DNA of 17,127 bases from Planctomycetota bacterium (GTDB taxonomy: Bacteria > Planctomycetota > GCA-002687715 > DRQF01). Positions 7,993-14,977 of this stretch are shown here, piece by piece; the first letter of the stretch is position 1; each line of letters begins with the position of its first letter. The translations under genes were made by a program, and so were the position numbers. Below the pieces are notes generated by a model that worked only from the letters and a program-made list of their open reading frames with translations, did not search any database and had not been told where the DNA came from. The stretch covers positions 1 through 17,127 of the forward strand of contig JALTLO010000093.1 of assembly GCA_027001995.1 (NCBI GenBank). Direction: 5' to 3'.

Positions 7993-9474
7993 ATGCCCCT
8001 AACACATATGTACAAGGATCTTGGTGAGGACTTTTGCGAGGTTTGTTCTCCCGCTCCGGCCAGAGCACCGCGGTTGCTCTTGTGGAACGAAGATCTGGCT
8101 GGAGAGTTGGGGATGGCAGAGTTCTTGGGAGATCTTTTGGAGGATGGCTCCTCGACTCCTGAGGAAATCTGGGCAGAGGTCTTTTCGGGCAATCTCAAAC
8201 TACCAGGGTCAGAGCCGGTGGCTCTGGCCTATGCTGGCCACCAATTCGGACACTTTTCTCCACAACTGGGGGATGGAAGGGCCCATCTCTTGGGTGAGGT
8301 CCGTCATCCAAACGGGCGTGTTCTGGATCTTCAGCTAAAAGGATCTGGACCGACGATTTTCTCCCGGCGTGGAGATGGTCTTTGCGCCCTAGGCCCCGCA
8401 GCCCGGGAATTCATCATGAGCGAAGCCCTCCACGCATTGGGTGTCCCCTGTGCCAGATCATTGGCAGTGGTGACCACGGGCGATACGGTCTACCGGGAAG
8501 GGCCCACGCCTGCTGCTGTCGTGACGCGGGTGGCGGCGAGCCATGTGCGGGTGGGCACGTTCGAGTATTTTGCTGCTCGAAAGAACACGAAAGCTCTGAG
8601 AACTCTCTGTCAATTTTCTGCCAACAGGGATTATCCTGGTATGGACTCTTCTGATCCCGAGTTGGCGCTCTGGCTCTTAGAGGAAGTCATCAAGCGGCAA
8701 GTTCACCTGATCACAGAATGGATGCGTGTGGGTTTCATTCATGGTGTCATGAACACGGACAACACGACAATCTCAGGAGAGACCCTCGATTTTGGCCCCT
8801 GCGCGATGATTGGCAGCTACGATCTCAAGAAATCCTATAGTTCCATTGATCATCAAGGCCGTTATGCCTTTGGCAATCAAGCCAACATCATGCAATGGAA
8901 CATGGCCCGTTTTGCTGAATGTCTGATTCCCTTGATTGCCGATGACGAGGCTGAAGCTATCGAGTTGGCGATCACAAGAATCAAAGGCATTGGCCCGATG
9001 CTTGATGATTCCTGGATGGCCATGATGAATCGAAAGTTAGGTATTGATGATCCGCAAGATGGAGACGAGGAGCGGGTTGGCGAACTTCTTCGAATCATGC
9101 AGGACAAGAAGCTTGACTACACCATCACTTTTCACCAGCTTGGGCAATCGTTGCTAAAAGTTGATGCCCGGGAAGCGTTGGCGCAAGACTTGGGAGAAGA
9201 GTGGGTGACGACTTGGGTGACCCGAGTCGCATCCACGCCTGAGAGCCAGACGAGTGCTTGTCAACTCATGGCTCGGGCCAACCCAGTTGTGATTCCGCGA
9301 AACCACCAAGTAGAAGCGGTCTTGAAGGATATCTGCAGGGACCAAAACATAGACTCCACCCAGAAGTTCTTGGAAGTTCTACGCTCGCCCTATGTCGATT
9401 CCCCCGCATCTCGTCCTTTTCAAGAGGCCCCAGAGGATGGCGACTGCAATTACCAGACATTCTGTGGCACATAG
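7993..9474 (+). CDS. selO: Protein adenylyltransferase SelO/YdiU family (pseudokinase AMPylase)
   Basis: YAGHQFG..PQLGDGRA, LQLKGSG.T.FSRRGDG, REFIMSEA, SHVRVGTFEY, GFIHGVMNTDN, LDFGP, GRYAFGNQ, NPVVIPRNH, C-terminal QTFCGT. GAGGA ribosome-binding site. Confidence 0.96.
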   Translation: MPLTHMYKDLGEDFCEVCSPAPARAPRLLLWNEDLAGELGMAEFLGDLLEDGSSTPEEIWAEVFSGNLKLPGSEPVALAYAGHQFGHFSPQLGDGRAHLLGEVRHPNGRVLDLQLKGSGPTIFSRRGDGLCALGPAAREFIMSEALHALGVPCARSLAVVTTGDTVYREGPTPAAVVTRVAASHVRVGTFEYFAARKNTKALRTLCQFSANRDYPGMDSSDPELALWLLEEVIKRQVHLITEWMRVGFIHGVMNTDNTTISGETLDFGPCAMIGSYDLKKSYSSIDHQGRYAFGNQANIMQWNMARFAECLIPLIADDEAEAIELAITRIKGIGPMLDDSWMAMMNRKLGIDDPQDGDEERVGELLRIMQDKKLDYTITFHQLGQSLLKVDAREALAQDLGEEWVTTWVTRVASTPESQTSACQLMARANPVVIPRNHQVEAVLKDICRDQNIDSTQKFLEVLRSPYVDSPASRPFQEAPEDGDCNYQTFCGT

Positions 9475-9557
9475 CTGCCAAGTCTCACCCTCCTGGATCA
9501 GGAGAATGTTCCCGTGTAGAGTCCTTTTTCTGCTTCGAATGTTGAGAGGAGTCGGAA

Positions 9558-12146
9558 ATGAACAAGCAACTTGTCGTTGCCACTTTCTTGTTGATTTTGC
9601 TGGCTATTGGGTCGTGGATCTATCTTGGGACCCAAGTAGAAGTCACCATGGATGGAAGGGACGCCGCTGAGGATATCTCCTCGGAGCGTGTCCAACCCAC
9701 CAGGAAACAAACAGGAATAAAGGTCGAAGTTCAAGAGGGGCCACCACCCGCCATCCAACCTGCAGAAACAGCGCCCCCCGAGAAAAAGAAACCTGACGCA
9801 GCGCCCATCTTGGATGAGGGCAACAGCATTCTCCTTCACGTCGTTGATGGTGAAACGAAAGCGAGTGTTGCCAATTGCGATGTGAGTATGATGTTGGCTG
9901 ACCGTAGCGAACGGGCAACCTGGATGCTGGAAATGCAGTCAGACATGCTTGGGTTTTTTCGCAACCATGGTGAGCACTATCGAACCTCCACCAAGGGAGA
10001 AGTGCGCCTCCCCACAGAGCGTCCTATCTTGGCTATCGCTTCATTTACAGATTCTTTGTTTGGAACGGTTCAGATACCTTCGCCACTCCCGGACCAACTC
10101 ACTATTCAATTGGGCCCCATTCGCTTGACCCGGGTTCGGGTCCTCGATGAAGGCAAGAAACCAGTTGCTTTCAGTGATGTGGCCTTGGGAGTGCGACGAG
10201 AATCCGGCCTCACCATGGAGATGGTGACCAAGAAAACCAATGAAGACGGCATCGCTCTCCTGAGTTTTCCTCAGGACCTTTTGCTGAAGTTTGCAGAGGA
10301 GGGAGATCTCTATGTCGGTCTTCGAGGTGTATTCAATCCACCCATTACAAACATCTTGGACGTCGTTGATCCGCCTCAAGAAGTGATTGAATTGATTCTC
10401 CCCAAGGTATCGACTCTTGCCATCAAGGTTCTGAATGCGGCGGGTGCAATTTGCCAAGGCCCTATGTCCATCACGGCTTCCTTTGTTGGAGCTTCTAAGA
10501 ACAATGACGACGATAGAATTATCCCGGCATACCAGGCAATTGTCCCCAAGGGTGAGGCCAGTATTTCCCAAGTAGCTTGTGGGGCCAACTTGCGCATTCG
10601 TGTGGATTCAATAGGCAGAGCGTCGTTCGCTACCTTGAAAAAGACCATTTTCAGTTCCGATGTCCCTGGGAAAATGAAGGAAGTCGTTTTTCAGATTGAA
10701 GGGAAGTTTCCGGAAATGACTGGCCGCCTGATTGATGAAGATGGTCAGGCCATGGCCAATCAGTCGGTCTATTTTCGCTGGGGCAATCAGGTGCCCAACA
10801 AACGCTTCAAGATGCGTGGTTGGACGATCCGAACCAATGCGAAAGGCAGGTTCAAGGTTCTCCTGAAGGACAAATTTCTCGAGACGGCGTCAGAGCGTTT
10901 TCTCGAATTCACCAAGAAGGACAAATTTGACAGTACCCTCATGATCGCCACCACCTCATTGCCTCTCGCTGGGGGTGATGTGTTCTCCCAAGATGTCGGT
11001 GATGTCTTGATGGTCTCCTTGCCCGTTCTTCTGACAGGGCGGGTCGTTGATGGGCAAGGCAAATCGGTAGCCGGTGCATTGGTGTCTCTTTTTGCCCCCA
11101 AGAAGGTCAGTGAACGTTTGGTACAGCGCATGCCCAACAAGCTATTTACCGGCCCAAGAATTGCTATCAGCAAGACTGACAGGAATGGTGCCTTTCTGAT
11201 CCGAGGCCAATCTGATTTGAGCGAGTTTGTCGTTCAGGCCCGCAAGTCTGGTTTTGATCGTGCAAGGCATTTGGTAACGGCTGGTGCTGAGAGTGTTCTG
11301 ATCTCGATCATTGAGCCTGGGTTCGTGACTGGGAGTATTGTCCTGCCTTCCAGCTTGGCAGATGAATCCGTCTCCATCACCATTGAGTCTTCAAGCTCGG
11401 GTGGCCATTGGCGGGGGCATCCCGAGGATGATGGCACATTCAAGACTGACGAGTTGCAAATCGGCGACTATCAGTTTTATTGTACTTCGCGGCTTGCGGG
11501 AGAACGGAAGCTTCATTTGATTGAGTCTTTTTCTGTTGGAGCCGGGAAAACGACCGACTTAGGAGAGATACGGCTCTTGGAAAACGCCAAGAGTGTCGAA
11601 CTCAACTTGGTCGAACCAGCGGAATTGGGCGAAAGGAAACTCCTCACAGCGCTCATCCTTGATGCCAACTCTCAAGTTGAGTTAGGAACGATTGCCATGG
11701 TACAGACGACTCAGTCCTTTCTCTTTCCAGAGACTCCTTTTGATCTGATTGTCTACCTCCCAGGGTTTCGAGAGGCCATTTATCGCAATGTCCAGGCAAG
11801 TCGTCTTGATCTCAAGCTCAAGGCGGGCATTCCCTTGCGTCTTGTCGTCGAGGATCTTGGGGCACTCCCTGATGGCACGGTTCTCCGCCTTGCCATGAGG
11901 AGCGTCCAACGGTCCCATATTCTCAGTTGGCAATCGTTTTCGGCTGGGGAAGAGTCGGCTACAGTGAGAGTTCCCTTAGCGGGTAGTTACGAGATTTTCG
12001 CAAGGCTAAAACGCAAAGGATTCCGAGAAGCCGAAATCGAGATGACCTTGCCATCCGTTGAGGTCAAAGGTAGCGACACGATTCAAGAGGTCCGTCTTCA
12101 CCTTGATCCCGACTCCTTGAAACTAGTCCAAGATAAATGGCGCTGA
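9558..12146 (+). CDS. Membrane-anchored/exported protein with repeated carboxypeptidase-regulatory-like (transthyretin-like beta-sandwich) domains
   Basis: GAGGAG ribosome-binding site, N-terminal hydrophobic helix, Pro/Lys/Glu-rich linker, then recurring motifs LHVVDGETKASVANCDV, VRVLDEGKKPVAFSDV...TNEDG, TGRLIDEDGQAMAN...TNAKGRF, TGRVVDGQGKSVAGALV...TDRNGAF, VTGSIV...DDGTF. No catalytic motif recognised. Confidence 0.8.
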   Translation: MNKQLVVATFLLILLAIGSWIYLGTQVEVTMDGRDAAEDISSERVQPTRKQTGIKVEVQEGPPPAIQPAETAPPEKKKPDAAPILDEGNSILLHVVDGETKASVANCDVSMMLADRSERATWMLEMQSDMLGFFRNHGEHYRTSTKGEVRLPTERPILAIASFTDSLFGTVQIPSPLPDQLTIQLGPIRLTRVRVLDEGKKPVAFSDVALGVRRESGLTMEMVTKKTNEDGIALLSFPQDLLLKFAEEGDLYVGLRGVFNPPITNILDVVDPPQEVIELILPKVSTLAIKVLNAAGAICQGPMSITASFVGASKNNDDDRIIPAYQAIVPKGEASISQVACGANLRIRVDSIGRASFATLKKTIFSSDVPGKMKEVVFQIEGKFPEMTGRLIDEDGQAMANQSVYFRWGNQVPNKRFKMRGWTIRTNAKGRFKVLLKDKFLETASERFLEFTKKDKFDSTLMIATTSLPLAGGDVFSQDVGDVLMVSLPVLLTGRVVDGQGKSVAGALVSLFAPKKVSERLVQRMPNKLFTGPRIAISKTDRNGAFLIRGQSDLSEFVVQARKSGFDRARHLVTAGAESVLISIIEPGFVTGSIVLPSSLADESVSITIESSSSGGHWRGHPEDDGTFKTDELQIGDYQFYCTSRLAGERKLHLIESFSVGAGKTTDLGEIRLLENAKSVELNLVEPAELGERKLLTALILDANSQVELGTIAMVQTTQSFLFPETPFDLIVYLPGFREAIYRNVQASRLDLKLKAGIPLRLVVEDLGALPDGTVLRLAMRSVQRSHILSWQSFSAGEESATVRVPLAGSYEIFARLKRKGFREAEIEMTLPSVEVKGSDTIQEVRLHLDPDSLKLVQDKWR

Positions 12147-12157
12147 TTGTCTCTGCT

Positions 12158-12901
12158 TTATTCCCCGTCGGTTACGGGAGACCCCCAACCGTCGTAGGTG
12201 CCGCCCAATTCCCGACTCAAGTCAAAGAGGCCAAGCACGACGTCGTTGATTTCGTGGTAAGTCACAGGGTCTGAACGTTGCAGAGTAACCATGAATGCAC
12301 CATCGGCCTCTTCTTTTTCGGTTGCGATAAAACCTTTTGCTTGGGCTCGTAGGGCAGCTTGCTCCCGGGCCGTTGACGTTGGGAAAACCAGCGTATGGTC
12401 AATGGGGCGACTCAAGTGGTGTTTGTCTCCGTGACTTTCGAGCTGCTCCAAGAGTTGGCTATTGTGGATGAGTTGGAAATCTCGGTCGCTGGGAAAAAGA
12501 AAACCAAAGTAGCAACGCCATTCTGGGTCGGAAGCGCTTCCTAACTCAAACTCATAGTGGGCAAACGCTTCCAACGAAGTCGAGATTTCTCTTTCGGCGG
12601 TTTCAGCATCTGATGCATAGAAGTAGAACTCACGAAAGCCAGCGCTGGTGTTGCGGCCCACGAAAACAAGGTTCCTATTCTCGTGGGTCAAAGCCATGAT
12701 TGCGTCCTCGATCGCGCGGAGTTGGTCGAACTCCTCGTGGCTGGACAAACCATCGGGCCGAGGTTCCTTCATTTGCAACTTAAGGCGCAGGTTCTCCGTT
12801 AACCCAGGCATAGGCCCGGTGTCTTTGTAATTAAGATCCAAGTAGATCGATGCTGACATGTTTTCTACCCGGCAAGGATAGAATGCCCAGTTTCCACTCA
12901 T
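12158..12901 (-). CDS. DUF695 domain plus RraB-like (regulator of ribonuclease activity B) domain protein
   Basis: N-terminus W.FY...ASIYLDL...DGL...EEFDQL..IED...FVGR.T..G.REFYFY...DPEW..Y..FLFP (DUF695). C-terminus L...GD....RPIDH...F...GGTYDGWG (RraB-like). Confidence 0.82.
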   Translation of the reverse strand: MSGNWAFYPCRVENMSASIYLDLNYKDTGPMPGLTENLRLKLQMKEPRPDGLSSHEEFDQLRAIEDAIMALTHENRNLVFVGRNTSAGFREFYFYASDAETAEREISTSLEAFAHYEFELGSASDPEWRCYFGFLFPSDRDFQLIHNSQLLEQLESHGDKHHLSRPIDHTLVFPTSTAREQAALRAQAKGFIATEKEEADGAFMVTLQRSDPVTYHEINDVVLGLFDLSRELGGTYDGWGSPVTDGE

Positions 12902-12908
12902 AACTGAC

Positions 12909-13535
12909 TCATTTCTTGTTAAAATAGATGGTTAAGGCCCAAGCGGGCATGGCGTAGTCCTTCAACAAGGTCTTTTTACCATCGACGTAGACCTCAATGC
13001 CTGGGGTCCCCCCATCTGCCACCCATAAGTCTTGATCCATCCGAGATTGCCACCAGATCAAGACGGACTTTTCGCCTGCCCCAAGTAGCTGCTCTGATTG
13101 TAAATGGTCTCCTTGGGATTCCCTTGCTGGCTCTGTGGGTTGAGGGCCAGGCAGGACTCCCGATTTTGAGATGGTTGACTCCGCCTGTGATTCGAATTGT
13201 AAGGTGAATGGAGACGCCAGCATGGCCGTGTCCTTGGCCTTCTTTTGAACGAAGGTAATGGTCAGGGGGGCTTCTGACGATAGGTCTGGGGCAGGTGCGA
13301 AAGCGGCGACCTTGCCGTTCTCTTCTATTGAGAATTCAGCCGAGAAGTCACCTCCTGCCTTGGCGACCCACTTAAATTCTCGATTGCCGTCGGGATCTGT
13401 GGTAGCGGCAACAAACTGCATCAAGACTTTGCCTTGAGGGGCACTCATGCCCGACTCAAGCTCAGAGCCTCCTTTGTCTCCGCATCCCGTGAGTAGTAAG
13501 AGGAAAGCGAAGAAGATAGGCGTTGTGATTTTCAT
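12909..13535 (-). CDS. Hypothetical lipoprotein
   Basis: Start moved from 13583 to ATG 13535, preceded by AAGGAAGGA. MKITTPIFFAFLLLLTG-C is a lipobox signal. No recognisable domain. Confidence 0.78.
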   Translation of the reverse strand: MKITTPIFFAFLLLLTGCGDKGGSELESGMSAPQGKVLMQFVAATTDPDGNREFKWVAKAGGDFSAEFSIEENGKVAAFAPAPDLSSEAPLTITFVQKKAKDTAMLASPFTLQFESQAESTISKSGVLPGPQPTEPARESQGDHLQSEQLLGAGEKSVLIWWQSRMDQDLWVADGGTPGIEVYVDGKKTLLKDYAMPAWALTIYFNKK

Positions 13536-13597
13536 TTGGTCCTTCCTTTTGATCGAATCGAGGTGATCATAGTGAAACCTCACTCACGATCCCAAGC

Positions 13598-14029
13598 CTA
13601 AAGGTTGCCAAAGAACCTGCTAACTTCTTCTGTGGCCAATCCATAGTGGCCATCGGCGAATTGAGATTCACCGACAGATGGTTCCAAATTGAGCTCGACT
13701 GTGTGGGCGCCAACCCGATTAGCCAATTGTCCGAACTCTGCGGCGGGGTAGACGTGCCCTGAGGTGCCAACAGAGACGAAGAGATCGCAAGTGAGGAGGG
13801 CTTCTTCGATGGCCTTCATGTAAAAGAGGGCTATCAGTTGGCGACGACGAGCATTGTAGAGTCGATGTATCAACTTAGGGTCTCGCAGAAATGCCTGAGG
13901 TGTTGCCACATCTTCCAAACGATGATTTTCCCGCAGCCCGTCACTATCCCGAAATGTCTCAATCTCCGACTCCGCGGAAACCCCCGCCCCAGTCAAAACC
14001 ACAATCGATTTCAGTTCTTTGTCTTTCAT
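13598..14029 (-). pseudogene. cobB: CobB/Sir2 class III NAD-dependent deacylase remnant with a large in-frame internal deletion (143 codons)
   Basis: IVVLTGAGVSAES..TFRD.DGL.ENHR.EDVATPQAF.RDP....YNARRRQL is joined via IAL directly to FYM..I...L...DLFVSVGTSGHVYPAA...AHTVELNLEPS. The PN..H, TQNID, HG, zinc-cysteine and RP.VVWFGE segments are absent. ATG 14029 overlaps the upstream TGA (ATGA). Confidence 0.85.
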
Positions 14030-14712
14030 TTCTGCGGACCAAACACAACATGCCAAAGATTGATCGGCAGTGCGACAATGCAGAAAACAGAGATCAAAGT
14101 GAAAAGTAGGAAAGTCCACTTACCACAGACAGCATCCAAGAGCGGAAGCCACTCTTTTTCCGTGCCCCCAGGGACGATGGCCTTTGGCCGCTCCGGAGCC
14201 ACAAAAACTTGAACTGTCGCTCCACGGCGGGGGAGATGAGGCAGCTTGACTGTGACTCCTTTTCCATCGACGATGACGCGGGTTTTCCGAGTTGTTTTGC
14301 GGCTCTTGGGATTGTATTGGGAGGTAGTGCCAACCACCTCAACGGTGCGTATCTCTCCTGTTTCATGGAGGGCCCAAACATCTTGGGCTGCGTCTTGGAC
14401 CAACCACAGAGAGAATGCGCCAACAGCTAAGGATAGAAATCCCATCACCAATGCTTTGGCCCTGTACCCAGCTCGTCCTTTGAGAACCAATGCGAGCAAA
14501 ACAGCAATACCGAAGCTTCCAGCGGCGATGGCTGCTTCTTTGTGGTATTCAAATTCACCAGCCATTTCCCCAGGTGCGATCCAAAGGACCACGGCAACAA
14601 CAAGCATAGCCAAAGCCCCACACCAAGCGCCGACATGGTCGCGCAGATCGTAAAGGGCTCCAAAAAAACTTGTGGAAGAACTTGAATCTTCGTTCTCATG
14701 GTTTCGTGGCAT
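14026..14712 (-). CDS. Hypothetical membrane protein, about four transmembrane helices, with a DUF3592-like beta-rich loop
   Basis: Three N-terminal hydrophobic helices, a soluble segment G...VEVVG...GATVQVFVAPERP reminiscent of DUF3592 (G..V.V.YDP..P), and a final helix. The family assignment is tentative. Confidence 0.75.
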   Translation of the reverse strand: MPRNHENEDSSSSTSFFGALYDLRDHVGAWCGALAMLVVAVVLWIAPGEMAGEFEYHKEAAIAAGSFGIAVLLALVLKGRAGYRAKALVMGFLSLAVGAFSLWLVQDAAQDVWALHETGEIRTVEVVGTTSQYNPKSRKTTRKTRVIVDGKGVTVKLPHLPRRGATVQVFVAPERPKAIVPGGTEKEWLPLLDAVCGKWTFLLFTLISVFCIVALPINLWHVVFGPQK

Positions 14713-14718
14713 GTGTCG

Positions 14719-14746
14719 ATTGTAACACGACCTCGGACGTTGTCAT
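14719..14746 (-). promoter_or_regulatory. Sigma70-type promoter with extended -10, probably leaderless, for the 14712->12158 operon
   Basis: Minus strand ATGACA (14746..14741)-N16-TACAAT (14724..14719), with TGn before the -10. The ATG at 14712 follows 6 nt later and has no Shine-Dalgarno sequence. Confidence 0.6.
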
Positions 14747-14755
14747 CCCCGAGGT
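14730..14755. repeat. Inverted repeat ACCTCGG-N12-CCGAGGT straddling the -35 element (candidate operator)
   Basis: Read directly from the sequence. Confidence 0.5.
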
Positions 14756-14977
14756 GGCATCACAGTCGGCCGACGTTGGAGGCGATTGTCTTGACTTCGC
14801 AGTGGTTGCCAGTTAAGAACGGGCGTGCCGATTCCCTTTGGCGAATTTAGCCGTGATTCGCCTCATACTTGAGCCTCTATCATCCGTTCCTTCATTACCG
14901 TTCGCCTTGACTTGCGTGTGTCATCTTGTCGCGCCATCGAACTGTTGGAGGAGTTGGCTCAGAGAAAGAAAAGCTCC

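Noticed and set aside
9445..9504. Selenocysteine recoding at the SelO C-terminus
   Set aside because: The gene ends TFCGT followed by TAG, not TGA, so there is no Sec codon; the downstream hairpin is short.
13598..14119. 173-aa version of the sirtuin ORF, and the idea of a Sir2-type anti-phage system (Thoeris, DSR)
   Set aside because: The extension overlaps the upstream gene and the ATGA-coupled start at 14029 fits better. The sequence is housekeeping class III CobB-like, lacks its catalytic core, and has no TIR, HerA or Argonaute partner nearby.
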